DNA of 64,000 nt from Octopus sinensis. Lineage: Eukaryota. The translations under genes were made by a program, and so were the position numbers. This document shows, one piece after another, positions 22,345 to 36,450 of the stretch. The DNA lies in assembly GCF_006345805.1 (NCBI RefSeq), contig NC_043019.1, forward strand, positions 13,205,360 through 13,269,359. The letters are read 5' to 3'. The notes under the pieces are model-generated. The model saw nothing but the letters and a program-made list of their open reading frames with translations. It was not told the DNA's origin and did not search any database. Numbering within the stretch: the stretch's first letter is position 1; every line of letters starts with the position of its first letter.

Positions 22345-22574
22345 TATATATATATATGTATGTATGCATGTGTGTGAGTATATGTGTGTGTAAGTGTATG
22401 TCTGTATAGATGTATATATGTATGTATATATATTTGTGTGCATATGTGTGTATATATGCTTATAGGTACATATATATGCGCGCACATCTGTGTGTATATA
22501 TATATATATATGTTTGTGTGTGTAATATATATATATGTGTGTATGTGTGTATATATATATATGTGTGTGTATAT

Positions 22575-22642
<68 letters not shown>

Positions 22643-22975
22643 GTATATATATATATATATGTGTATATATATATATATATATATGTGTGTATATATATAT
22701 ATATATATGTGTATATATATATATATATATATGTGTATATATATATATATATATGTGTATATATATATATATATGTGTATATATATATATAGTGTGTATA
22801 TATATATATATATATGTGATATATATATATATATGTGTGTATATATATATATATGTGTGTATATATATATATATATGTGTGTATATATATATATATGTGT
22901 GTGTATATATATATATATATATATGTGTATATATGTATATATAATATATGTGTATATATGTATATATAATATATA

Positions 22976-23009
<34 letters not shown>

Positions 23010-23461
23010 ATGTGTATATATATATATGTGTATATATATATATATGTGTATATATATATATGTGTATATTATATATATGTGTATATATATATATATATGT
23101 GTATATATATATATGTGTATATATATATATATAATATATATATATACACATGTATATATATATATATATATGCGTATATATATATATATATTATATATGT
23201 ATATATAATATATATATGTGTATATATATATATATATATGTATGTATGTGTGTATATATATGTGTGTGTGTGTATATATATATGTATGTGTGTATATATA
23301 TATATGTGTGTATATTATAGATATGTGCATATATATATGTATGTATATATGCGTATATGTATGTATATATGCATATATATATATGTAAGTATTTATATGT
23401 GCATGTATTTATGTATGTATGTATATATATATGCATATGTATATATGTGTATACAGATATG

Positions 23462-23494
<33 letters not shown>

Positions 23495-23548
23495 CTGTAT
23501 ATCTATCTATCTATATATATTATCTATCTATATATATATATATATCAC
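22345..23548. repeat. 1.2-kb (TA)n/(TG) microsatellite
   Basis: Direct reading. Confidence 0.95.
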
Positions 23549-23950
23549 ACATAAACACAAAAATATAAATAACAGTGGAGAAAAAAAAACCCACAACCCA
23601 ACAAAAAAAGCATAAACAGAAATGTGAACACGAAATTAGTTTTTCTTTCCAATTTTTATCTTTGCGTTTTTCTCTCTCTGCAGAAGAAATGGCCATTCCT
23701 GTAATATACTACCAGTTTTGGTTTTTAATAATACTGATAACTGGTGTTCGTATGGTGCCCTGCTTTGTCGTTCCAGTCTCAAGAGCTGCTGGAATCTCTT
23801 GTTTGGTTTACTCCTTCGCTTTTGACCTCTTCCAATCATTCTTCATTTATTCGCTCGGCAACGGAGTTTCTGTCACTGCAAAACTAATCTCAATCTGCGA
23901 TAAGACTTATCAAACATGGCTTCCAACTGCTTTTGCCGAATTGCGCCAAA

Positions 23951-24830
23951 TTCCTTCATTCCTTCCTTCCTTCTTTCCTTCCTTCATTCCTTCCTTCTTT
24001 CTTTCCTGCTGTTCGTTCCTTCATTCCATCCTGCTCTCATTCATTCCTCTTCCCTTCGTTCACTCCTTCATTTGTTTGTTTGTTTCATCCATCATTCGTT
24101 CGTTCATTCGTTCCTTCCCTCATTCATTTGTTTATTCTTTCCTTCTATTGTTTGTTGATTTCTTCTTTCATTTGTTCATTCCTTCCCTCATTCATTCTTT
24201 TGTACCTTCCCTTGTTTGTTCCTTCATTTCCTCCTTTCTTTGTTCCCTCATTCATTCCTTCCATCCCTTGTTCCGTCCCTCATTCATTTGTTCATTCCTT
24301 CCCTCATTCATTCTTTTGTTCCTTCCCTCGTTTGTTCCTTCATTTCCTCCTTTCTTTGTTCCCTCATTCATTCCTTCCATCCCTTGTTCCGTCCCTCATT
24401 CATTTGTTCATTCCTTCCCTCATTCATTCTTTTTTTCCTTCATTTCCTCCTTTCTTTGTTCCCTCATTCATTCCTTCCATCCCTTGTTCCGTCCCTCATT
24501 CATTTGTTCATTCCTTCCCTCATTCATTCTTTTGTTCCTTCCCTCGTTTGTTCCTTCATTTCCTCCTTTCTTTGTTCCCTCATTCATTCCTTCCATCCCT
24601 TGTTCCGTTCCTCATTCATTTTGTTCATTCCTTCCCTTCTTTTCTTCTTTCATTTCTTCCATCCTTTGTTCCTTCATCACTTCATTCATTCATTCCTCCC
24701 CTTCTTCCTTCATTCCACCTTCCCTCCTTCATTCATTTCTTCCTTCCCTCGTTTATTCATTCCCTCATTCCTTCCCTTGTTCCTTCGTTCCGTCTTCCTT
24801 CCTTCCTTCCTTCCCTTCTTCATTCATGCC
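23951..24830. repeat. (TTCC/TTCA)-rich tract with higher-order ~110-bp tandem units (about 24180-24620)
   Basis: cattcattccttccatcccttgttccg recurs four times. Confidence 0.85.
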
Positions 24831-26602
24831 TTTCTTTCGCATAGCAATATACCATAGATATCTTAGGTTTTGTAGGAGACTCCCTTATCAGTGACCCTTG
24901 GCTTCGACTACTCTCTCAAATTTCCCTTCCTTATTCCCACTTCATGTTGCATGCACCTATATCTTGGTTCTTTGGTTAGGATTAAATCCTTGACCATTTC
25001 AAGGTTAATATCTTCAGAGTTCAGTAACTAATTCCCATAACTAATCCACTGCTCATCAGTTTGTATGCTGTCTCAAGTCAAAGTCAAGTCTTGGGTTGAC
25101 ACAGCTTGGCACCAGCATCATCGCTGGTGTCGCAGTCAGATCCCAAAGAGCTAGAAACAACAGTACAAAACACCTTTGCATAAACCTCTTCAGAATTTTC
25201 CCCATTTATTTGCCCAACCATTCCTACTTTCTGTGATGGCAGGGTATGATTTGAGAGAGATTTGGCTCTGTTTCTAACACATTGATCAGCCACATAGAAC
25301 CTCCATCATTAGCTCAAGTAATATAGATTTGGTTTTGTATATGTGTAATAATAACAATACGTGTGAGTCAGGTGTGTGTAGGGAAGGAATCTTCCATAAA
25401 TTCTAAAACATCACCTTATCTATCACGGAAACTGTAATAAAGCTAACATTATCACTTTATGTGTCATAGTTATTGTTAGCAAATTGGTAATAAAACTTGT
25501 TTAATTTCTTCAGATTCCCAAGCTCTTCTCTATTTTCACCTGTGTTTTACCTGCCGTTTTCCTTGCAAGGTAATATGGATGTCTCTATAATTAAGAAGGA
25601 AATTTGCGATTTAGTGAAATAATATGTATCCGATAATTCATTCCAAGCTGCTCGTTATGACTTTAATCGGCAGAGGAATTATCACATGCATTATCTCATC
25701 TTAATGCAATCTTCAAATGTATCATTATCTTGGCGAGCTGGCAGAATCATTAGCACTCTGAGCAAAATTCTTAGCTGCATTGTGTCCGCCTTAACGTTCC
25801 GAGTTCAAATTCCATCAAGGTCGAATGTGTCTTTTATCTGTTAGGACAGTAGATAAAGTAAGTTGGGCACTGGGGTCAGTTTAATCACACACCTACCCCT
25901 CATTAAAAAATTACTGGCCTTGTGACAAAATTTGAAATCCTTATTAAACAGTGATTCCTATATATTTCAGTATGCTACTCTTATATAGGTAGTGGGTAGC
26001 GATTTTCTTCACTACTAAGGGGCTGACGACCTTGCTTGACATGAGTCCCGAGCTCAGCTGGCTCTGGCTGACAGAACCCGGTTTTGGCCCCTATCCAGGG
26101 TTACATAAAGGAGACAACCTTCAAAGAAATCCGGAGTGGAGCCCCGTAGGTGGTTTAGTGTTCAACTCGACACTCTTCCAGCAGCTCCTGGAACCCAGCT
26201 GGTGCCAAACGCAATGCTCTGCACTCCTTTGGACTACATCAGCAAGGTCGAGAGAGGAATCCTGACGATTGGGCTACCCAGGATTTTCTTACATCTAGCC
26301 CAGGCCTGCACAAAACTGGAGAGGACATGAAATGTAAAAACCAGACTGGGTTAGTTTATGCGCAACTCCATTGTCTCCCAAGACAAAAGGATGCCAACAA
26401 GAACAACTACTCTATATACATTGGAGCTGTTATACACCGTGAATCCTATACACCTGTGGTAGTACAGGAATACACACACACACTATTATACTCTCTGTTA
26501 TACACTGCAGTAGTTGCATATAGTGATTGCTGTACACTTCAGAAGCTATTAAACACAGTGACTGCTATTCACTTCTCTACACTGTTCAGCATTGCAGTCT
26601 TA

Positions 26603-27735
26603 GTATAGCGTAACTAGAGTGGGGGGTGCAAGGTGGGGCACTGATTGAAGGTGGGGGCACCTCCTCGAAAGCAAGAAAGGTGAGACTTTAAACAATTCTA
26701 TATTTTTTTTTTTATTACATCTCATCTCACGCTTCAGGGTTTTTTTAATGTTTCAATCAGGGAAGCCAGTGCATTAACCCTTTTCTTACTGTATTTCTGT
26801 TGAGATGCTCTGTGTTTCTTTAAATTACTTTAAATATAACAAAGAATTTAGTAAAATAACTTAGTTATCATTCAGCTAGTGTTAGGAACATAAATTGTGA
26901 CTAAAGTTTGGCGGAAGATTTTAATTCAAAACTTATGGAAACAAGACATTTGTACTCAAAGCCAGAACCCGTTTCAGCTGGGTTGGTATCAAAAGCATTA
27001 AAAATATCATGGTGACTTTAACCCTTTTGTTACCCTATTTCTGTTGAGATGCTCTGTGTTTCTTTCAATTAATTTTAAATATAACAAAGAATTTAGTAAA
27101 ATAACTTAGTTATCATTCAGCTAGTGTTAAGAACATAAATTGTGACTAAGGTTTGGTGAAAGATTTTTAATTCAAAGCTTATGGAAACAAGACATTTGTA
27201 CTCAAAGCCAGAACCCGTTTCAGCTGGGTTGGTAACAAAAGGGTTAAAATATCATGGTGACTTTAACCCTTTTGTTACCTTATTTCTGTTGAGATGCTCT
27301 GTGTTTCTTTCAATTAATTTTAAATATAACAAAGAATTTAGTAAAATAACTTAGTTATCATTCAGCTAGTGCTAGGAACATAAATTGCGGCTAAGGTTTG
27401 GTGAAAGATTTTAATTCAAAACTTATGGAAACAAGACATTTGTACTCAAAGCCAGAGCCAGTTTCAGCCGGGTTGGTAACGAAAGGGTTAAACGGTTAAA
27501 ATAAGGAGGTTTCGTAAAAGCAAATATTCAAAAGATATATTTTTTTAATTTCAGGCTGTACCGAACCGGCAGGTAAATGAGCCCTGGTAAAAGTATTTAT
27601 TTCCAAAATATTGCTTTAAAACATCAATTAATTTGTAACAAATAAGTACTACATAATATCGTGGATTTTGTTATTGTCGCAGGGTGCATTTTTCCCAGCT
27701 TGTCCCGGGCACCGTTTACCCCAGCTACGCCACCG
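26603..27735. mobile_element. hAT-type non-autonomous element containing the MITE trimer
   Basis: Right end ccagctacgccaccg; decayed left end gtatagcgtaactag; 8-bp flanks CAGTCTTA / CAGTCATA. Confidence 0.5.
26778..27487. repeat. Three tandem copies of a second piggyBac-type MITE (period ~245 bp)
   Basis: TTAA-CCCTTTT starts at 26774, 27018, 27263; AAAAGGG-TTAA ends; identical spacer aatatcatggtgact. Confidence 0.85.
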
Positions 27736-29133
27736 CAGTCATACAGACAGACTCTGCGGTAGTTATAGGTTACTATATACCGCAATAGTTATACCCCATG
27801 GTTGCTATACACTGCAGTAGTTATACATGGTGATTGCTATGCACTGCGGTCGTTATTATACTCAGCGGTTGCTGCTGTAGTTTTCTTCTTTCTTATTACA
27901 TAGTCCAGTGAACTGACACGTCTACCTCGGCAGAAAATGCTGATCTTTCAAAATAAAATTCTTTCTATTTCTAATGATGGCCAGATAATCTGCTTTTGTT
28001 GTGCAAATGAAACGAAATTTGTTTGTATTTCTTTTGGGGTTGTTTTTTTTTGTATCAGTTTTTGTTAGTTTTTTTTTTAGTATTTTATTTATTTATTTAT
28101 TTATTTATTGAAAAATTTGTTGTTGCTGGTGTTGTTGTCGACGATGTTGTTTATTCGATCGGTTGCAGTGTAATGCACATTGCAGTATGCTAAAAAGAAC
28201 CTGTATATTTCTGATTAGAAATTCTCATTAGAAACTTAGTCTTTGGAGAATATAAAACGAAAAAAAAAAAGAAAACAAACAAAAAAAAAATAAGATGTGT
28301 TTTCTTTTTTTTTTTTGAAAAAATATTTTAAAATGTAACCAAAAAAATGTCTTTAAAAAATTTTTTTTTTGTTTTTGGAAAATTAAAGAAGACAGTCTTT
28401 TAAGTTAAAAATTATAATTGAATCTTAGGGCCTGTAATTAATCTCCTATAGTAATGATTTCATTTTCAGAGTTTATTTATTTATATATTCATTTATATAT
28501 TTTTTTAAAATTTGACCTAAATTGCTTTCTCTAATTAGGAGATAAAACTTCTTTCAATCGCCAAAGAGAGACTCAAATACGTTGTTGTTTGAAAGTTTTC
28601 CTCTCTCCTCATCTCTTTCTCTATCATCATCATCATCATCATCATCATCATTATTATCATTTATAGTAAATTATTATTATTATTATTATTTGTGTTATTT
28701 ATTATACATTTTTTCATTTTCTTTTGTTTTTATTTTATTTTATTTATACATTGTCGCCTGAATTTCATCCTCCTCTTTTTCACTATCTCTTCATATTTCT
28801 TTCGTTCTCTTCGAAATTATTTCTTAGTAAAAAAAAAAAAAAAAAAAAAACCAGCAAAAATTATCGAAACAACAGCATAAAAAACGAAAGTATTTTTGGA
28901 CATAATTCTATGACGTTCATATCTGTTTTCATCTAATTCTTCTTTATTTGCTAATTAATTTGCGTCCCCCCCCTCGTACCCCATCTCTCCCACCCCTCCC
29001 ATCTCACCACTTACACATAAACTTTCTTGTCACATCTGATTTTAATGTTTTCGAAACATCACATACTATTGCGATGGACTTGTTTGAAAAGATAGTAAAT
29101 TGACTATATATATAGATATATACACGCACACAC

Positions 29134-29164
<31 letters not shown>

Positions 29165-29194
29165 TATATACACACACACAGATATATATATATA

Positions 29195-29357
29195 GGCGCA
29201 GGAGTGACTGTGTGGTAGGTAGCTTGTTTACCAACCACATGGTTCCGGGTTCAGTACCACTGCGTGGCACCTTGGGCAAGTGTCTTCTACTATAGCCTCG
29301 GGCTGACCAAAGCCTTGTGAGTGGATTTGGTAGACGGAAACTGAAAGAAGCCCGTCG

Positions 29358-29389
<32 letters not shown>

Positions 29390-29612
29390 TGTGTGTGTTT
29401 GTGTGTCTGTGTTTGTCCCCCTAGCATTGCTTGACAACTGATGCTGGTGTGTTTATGTCCCCGTTACTTAGCAGTTCGGCAAAAGAGACCGATAGAATAA
29501 GTACTGGGTTTACAAAAGAATAAGTCCTGGGGTCGAGTTGCTCGATTAAAGGCGGTGCTCCAGCATGGCCGCAGTCAAATGACTGAAACAAGTAAAAGAA
29601 TAAAAAGAAAGA
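29195..29612 (+). mobile_element. SINE S1, full length
   Basis: Complete head-to-tail match to 1730-2154 and 63094-63506. Confidence 0.85.
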
Positions 29613-29942
29613 ATACATATTCATATATATGTATATAGGCACAAGCGTGGCTGTGTGGTAAGAACTTTGCTTGCTTTTTAACCACATAGTTCCAGGTTCA
29701 ATCCCACTGCATGACACCTTGGGCAAGTATCTTGTAGTATAGCTTTGGGTCAACCAAAGTCTATGGTAGATGGAAACTGAAAGAAGCCTGTTGTGTGTGT
29801 GTGTATATATAAAGAACATGAGGGTTTTATTTCACTGGTGATCCGAACTTGGAACCTAATGGCTGACCAATAATAGACTTCCAGCGTGCCCTGCCTGGTC
29901 AAACCATCCAACTCATAGGCCAGCATAGGCAACATACATTAA

Positions 29943-30164
29943 CCCTTTTGTTACCAACCCGGCCAAAACCGGCTCTGGCTCTGTAGTACAAATGTCTTGT
30001 TTTCATAAGTTTTGAATTAAAATCTTCCCCCAAAACTTAGTCACAATTTATGTTCCTAACACTAGCTGAATGATAACTAAGTTATTTTACTAAATTCTTT
30101 GTTATATTTAAAAATAATTGAAAGAAACAGAGAGCATCTCAAAATAAATACAGTAAGGAAAGGG
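29943..30164. mobile_element. piggyBac-type MITE (same family as 26778-27487, opposite orientation)
   Basis: TTAA at 29939-29942 and 30165-30168; CCCTTTT..AAAGGG ends. Confidence 0.8.
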
Positions 30165-30890
30165 TTAAATGATGATGATGATGATGATCAGAAAATCTTG
30201 GTTACAGTTCCTGGACCAGATGGTGTTTTATGTTCTTGAACAAAGCACTTCATCTCACCTTGTTCTGTAATTACTTTGGCACCTGATGCTTGGTTCACCA
30301 CGCACCTGGAGGAAATGAGCTAATGTCCAGCGCATACACTTGGTCACTATAAACGAAATCATTTGTACAGATTGTGCAGCAAGAAACTGCAGAACCATCC
30401 TTCTTAGACTGCAAAATACTAAAAGACTACCATCGCCATCAGTTTAGTTGATACCACAATTCTGTGGCGTTTGGCTATACTCCTCTCCACCACCATCACC
30501 ACCACCGCTACCACCACTTGAGAACCAGTGTTGGTGTGTTTATGTCCCCATAACTCAGCATCAGAGACCGATAAAATAAGTGCTAAGCTTTAAAAAACAA
30601 AAATAGAATAATTAATCCTGGGGTCTGTTTCTTTGACTAGGACCCTTTAAGGCAGTGCTCCAGCATGGCCACAGTCAAATGACTGAAGCAAATAAAAGAA
30701 TAAAGAGCATCTTATATTTAAAATATAATTATGGCGGTGCCCCAGCATGGCCACAGCTCGTGAGCTGAAACTAGATAAAATTTAAAAAAAAAAATTAAAA
30801 TCGCAGGAAACAATGTAACACAGAAATAGCAATACACACATAAAAACACATGCATTTATACACGCGCATGCACACACATAAGTGCACACG

Positions 30891-30927
<37 letters not shown>

Positions 30928-31317
30928 CTAATCCTTCGGTGCTCCAGCATGGCCATGGTCAAACGACTGGAGCAAGCGAAAGATTGCAAAAGAGAAAAGA
31001 AAGACATCATCCGTCTTCACTTGTTGTTGTCATTACTAAATAACCTCACAGCCTAGCTGTGTCTTAACGAAGCTTATTAGCTAACGAAAACTGCTCCTTT
31101 ACTCTGCAAGCCAGCCAGAGACTAACATCAGGAATGATAATAGCAGATGGGAATTATTATCATTCGCCTGCAGCCAACTTTCTCTGTTGACATTCATTTA
31201 ATAATAAGTTTGCTTTAATGACAGTTAAGTCTATCAACACATTTAACGATTACTATAATATTCCCTTTTTTTTTTTACTTGTTTCTGTTTTTTACCTTTT
31301 TTTCTGCAGTCACCGTT

Positions 31318-31357
<40 letters not shown>

Positions 31358-31596
31358 TAATAATAATATTGATGATAATACTACTAATAATAATAATAAT
31401 AATAATAATAGTATTAAGGATGATGATAATAATAATAATAATAATAATAATATTGATGATAACCAATATTGTTAGCGCTTTCCATTGCTTATTTTTTTTT
31501 GGTTCTTTTTTTTCTTTCTTCTTCCTTCTTTCTTTCTTTCCTTCTTTTCTTTCTTCTTTTTTTCTTCTTTCTTCTTTCTTTCTTTCTTTCTTTCTT

Positions 31597-31696
31597 NNNN
31601 NNNNNNNNNNNNNNNNNNNNNNNNNNNNNNNNNNNNNNNNNNNNNNNNNNNNNNNNNNNNNNNNNNNNNNNNNNNNNNNNNNNNNNNNNNNNNNNN
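31597..31696. other. Assembly gap (100 N)
   Basis: N run between (CTTT)n and GAA-rich sequence of opposite polarity; true size and orientation unknown. Confidence 0.99.
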
Positions 31697-32302
31697 GAAG
31701 CACGAAGGAAAAGAATGAAGGAATGCGCAGAGAAAGAAAGGAAGGAAAGGAAGGAAAAAGGGAAGGAAGAAGAAGAAAGAGCATTGCATGAGCCGGAACT
31801 GTGAATATGGTGGCAGTGGTGAGGCTGGTGGGGGCAGGGGCATGGGCGGGGCATGGACAAGCACTAAGAGACGTTGCGAGCGCCAGAAGGAAAGAAAATG
31901 AAGAAAAGTAGGCAGTATATGTGTGTGTGTATGTGTATGCATGTATGTATGTATGTATATATGTATGTATGCAAGCATGCATATGTGTATATGTATGATG
32001 TATGTATGTATGTATGTATGTAGTATGTATGTATGTAGTATTGTATGTATGTATGCATGCATGTATGATGTATGTATGTATGTATGTAGATAGTATGTAT
32101 GTCGTGTATATGTATGTTAGTGGGTGTGTATGTATGTATATGTATGTATGTATGTGTGTATATATGTATGTATGTATGTATGTATGTGGGTATATGTATG
32201 TATGTGTGTTGTTTGTATGTATGTATGTATGTATATATGTATGATGTATGTATATAGGTATGTATATATGTATGTATGTATGTATTGTGTATATATGTAT
32301 TG

Positions 32303-32368
<66 letters not shown>

Positions 32369-35082
32369 GTCCCCACCTATGCCAGCATGGAAAGCAGCCG
32401 TTTTTAAAGATATGAGGATATATATATATATATATATATATGTGTGTACAATTTTAACTATATGTGTGAATGTATATTTACAAACACACACATTTATATA
32501 CACACATATACACACAAAGATACATACATATAAGGAACGACTGATGCCATCATGGAATCCGGATATGAAATGATGTTCATATATATGTGTGTGTGTATGT
32601 GTGTGCATATATACATTTTGTATATATACTTATAGAGTTATGCATGTATACACACAGAGATGCATATGTATGTGTGTATATTGTGAGAGAGTGTGAGAGA
32701 GCGAGAGAGAGATACTGATATACGTATATGGAATATGTAATAATAAGCCTGTTTTGACAGATAAATACTTGTCTTTTATATTATTTATCATGTTATCTGT
32801 TTGTAAATAGTCGAGAAAATAAAAAAAAAATGAATGGGAGGCAGGAAAAAAAAAAAACCCAAATAAAGAACACAAATGTAAGGAAAAAAAAACAACGAAA
32901 TATATATAAATTTAAAACAAAAATGATAAAAAAAAAAAAAATTATAGTATGTTTTGGAGAACAAGTTCTTTGGCGGGGCTGATAAACATCAGAAACGGAT
33001 TTCTGTGTGGTCCAAAGAAGGAAGAAGGCTGATATTTTTTTTTCATTTGTGTATCTCACCAATGAGTACGAAGGACCGAGATGCACTACTGATAAAATCC
33101 ACTTACAATGAAACTTTCAAATCCTACCACAGTGGGAGGGTGGGCTCTGGCTATTTTGTTTATTGTTGTGCTTGCTTTCCAAGTGGAAGGAAGTAGCTTA
33201 AGAATAAGGGGAAAGAAAGAAAAAAAAATAGAAAACGGAAGAAAACCTCCAGGAAGGGTTAAGGATTGTGGGAAAGAATTTAAATTGCTTGTAAATAACA
33301 TAAATATTTGGAAGGTGTTTTTTTTTCTTTTTTATTTAGATGAAGGGAGATAGAATATTGGTTGTGGGGCTGGGGCGTTGTTGCTGATAAATTCAGAAAG
33401 GAAAAGTGGATTTCTTGTAAACACAGAAATCGCAAGAGGATTGCTTTTGGGGTTTTTGTTGGAAACAGTTGTTTTCTGTAAATGGGATTTTAATTTTAGT
33501 TTTATTCATAAAATGGTGAACCAGGCCAGGCCAAGCCAGGCATGGCTGTGTGGTTGAAAAGTTTGCTTTGCAGCCGCATGGTATCAGCTTTGATTTCACT
33601 CTATGGCACCTTGGACGAGAATCTTCTTCTATAGTCCTGGGCCAACCACTGTCTCGTGATTGAATTTGATACATGGAAACTGAAAGAAGTTCATCATGTG
33701 TGTGTGTAGGGGGGGTATCTAGGTTATCATGTGATCACCCAGACCATCGAATGTTGTTATACATCACTGAATTAATCAAGCATTGTCTTTTAGAATGACA
33801 TTTTTAGAATGACATTATAAGATAGGTGTGAGAGGCTGGATCTGGCCAGTTTGAACATAAAACAGGTAGAATATTTTGGCTGGATACAGCCAGTTTGAAT
33901 GCTAAAGGGTCACGTTTAAATGCTAAAGGATCAAGGTGTTTCTTGGACTTGTGATGAAAAATATCCTTTTTTCTTTGTTTTTTTGGGGTTTTTTTGCTAT
34001 TTTCGTTTGTTTTTCTTTTTACTTATCGTTCCACCTGGAATCACGCTTGTTTAATTTTTTAATTTTTCTTTTTCTTTTTCTCATTTTAGGTAAGTTTACT
34101 GAAAGAGAACCTACCTTTGAACACCTTACTTTATCTGGTAAAAACTGGTGATGCAGTATTCTGTTACAATTCAAATTTTGAACGGGATCACCTACGCATA
34201 CATATGCACATGCATGCACACTAACACGTATCACAATGCAAATGCACTGTGTGGTGGTAAGTTTTTTTCGTGCTTTTGTATTTTTTTTTTTTTGTAATAT
34301 ATTATATTATTTCTTGGTTTTCTGACCAGAGCTAATTACATACGCTGCTATATGTCGGTACTATATGGGGTACTTTGTCATGTATTCATAAGCAGACTTG
34401 TGGTACCTCTGTTGGAATACTAGTTTTATGGTGTTATATACATCTGTGGGGTTTGCCATGCAATGTTGAAAACCATACCAGTTCTTTTCTTTTTTTTTTT
34501 TTGGTAAAAGAAGTGTTAATTATTCATTTATTTGTGCTGTTGTCATTTGGCCCCAAGTCAGATGACCAACAGCCTTCCAGCCATGACCAGCCCTTAGTTT
34601 TGTATATCATCATATGATGACTGGAATAGCAAAGAATAAGTCCTGGGGTCAGTTTCTTTAGCTAAAAATACCCTTTAAGGTGTGCTCCAGCATGGTCACA
34701 GCCAAATGACCGAAACAAGTACAAGAATAAAAGAATATATATATATATATGTATGTATATTCCTTTATTCTTGTACTTGTGTTGGTCATATATACTCAAT
34801 TAAGCGGAGGAAACTAAACTACAACAACGCAGCCAGAGCCACCACCACCACCAACAACAACATTTTGGAATCTTTGGAATTGACCAAAAATTACCATCTA
34901 CACCGAATAACACTTGGGGCCTCTCCCATCCCACCACCATCATCATCATCATCACCGACAACACCAACACATTTCTGCACTAAATACATCACATACCTTA
35001 GATAACGATCTACCCAAAGTTAGAATTTGTACAACCAAGCTATTTACATCTCGACTGTTCTATATGTGTGCATGCGTACGTG

Positions 35083-35113
<31 letters not shown>

Positions 35114-35380
35114 ATTTGTCTGTGTGCATACCAGACATTTTTTTGCGATATAGACAGTTTAACCGTTTGGCATTCAGATTATTCAGCCGAATGTAAATCT
35201 TAAAATGGTATTCATACCATTTTAAATTAATCCAGCATTATTTCATGACTTTGAGATTCCGATGATGTGGTTGTTTGTTTTTAAAATGATACAGTATAGG
35301 GGTAGCTATGAAAGCCCATACACGACCAGTTTGAAGATAAAACAGCTAGGATGTCTTGGCTGGATACAACTGGTTGAAAC

Positions 35381-35641
35381 CAGGGTTGTGGAGTTGAAAC
35401 AAAAAACTTCAACTTGGGCTCTTCTACTTTCGGTACCTCCGACTCCTCTTCCTGTAATCAAATGATTCTGGTCTCCATATCTCATAAAGCATATGCATAC
35501 GCTTGTACTCTGAGTAGGCCTCTATGTTATAATTGGTTTATATTAAAGAGTAAAGACATTGTGAGTCAGAGTCAGTATGGTTTTACTGACCCCAATTCCA
35601 GCTACCCCTTAATTGCTTCCAACTTTGACTCCACAGCCCTG
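35381..35641. mobile_element. hAT-type MITE
   Basis: TIR CAGGGTTGTGGAGT / ACTCCACAGCCCTG; perfect 8-bp TSD GTTGAAAC (35373-35380, 35642-35649). Confidence 0.85.
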
Positions 35642-35825
35642 GTTGAAACATTAAGGCGTTACGGGTATTCTATAGAGATTTCAAATTATTAGAAAACTGT
35701 TCAAAATGGAAAAAGGTTTCAGGTGTGATGTTATATCCTGATTCTTCAATGTTTGGGTAGATAACGTTTCATATATATATAAAGACTTGCCTAAGCCCCA
35801 ATCGTCTGCTTCAGCACAGTTTCTA

Positions 35826-36450
35826 CAACCGGATGCCCTTCCTAATGCCAACAACCTCACAGAGTGTCCCGGGTGCTGTTTACAAGGCTTCTACATAGTT
35901 TTCATCTACCAAGTTCGCTCAGAAGGCTTTTTTTAGTCTGCCTGGGTGGGTTATAACAGAAAAACGGTTATCCCTCGAGATGCTACACAGTGGGATCTGA
36001 ACCCAGATCCACATGGTCGCAAACAGCCGGATGCCTTCCTAATGCCAACAACCTCACAGAGTGTCCCGGGTGCTGTTTACCAGGCTTCTACATAGTTTTC
36101 ATCTAGCCAAGTTCGCTCAGAGGCTTTTTTTAGTCTGCCTGGGTGGGTTATAACAGAAAAACGGTTATCCCTCGAGATGCTACACAGTGGGATCTGAACC
36201 CAGATCCACATGGTCGCAAACAGCCGGATGCCCTTCCTAATGCCAACCACTTCACAGAGCGTTCCGGGTGCTGTTTACAAGGCTTCCACATAGTTTTCCT
36301 CTACCAAATTCACTCACAAGGCTTTATTTAGTCTGCTTCGGTGGGTTATAACAGAAAAACGGTTATCCCTCGAGATGCTACACAGTGTGATCTGAACCCA
36401 GATCCCACATGGTCGCGAAGCCAATTTCTTAACCACACAGCCAAACCTGT
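35826..36450. repeat. Tandem triplication (~197 bp) of a chimeric RTE-end/S1-SINE unit
   Basis: ggatgcccttcctaatgcc at 35831, 36029, 36226; units near-identical. Confidence 0.85.

Noticed and set aside
23575-24894. 439-aa ORF
   Set aside because: Beyond residue ~130 it is the stop-free CT/CATT tract; only the short unique part is kept as a low-confidence finding.
24900-25330. Unique block with short minus-strand ORFs (69 aa MADQCV..., NSEDINLEMVKD...)
   Set aside because: No recognisable domain or splice frame; probably decayed TE, cannot be assigned.
29840-29851. GATCCGAACTTG, like the 3' half of miR-100
   Set aside because: Seed absent, no hairpin.
31275-32062. ORFs spanning the N gap
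   Set aside because: Artefacts of simple repeats and N translation.
35708-35727. Similarity to miR-87 (…GTTTCAGGTGTG)
   Set aside because: Seed does not match and there is no precursor hairpin.
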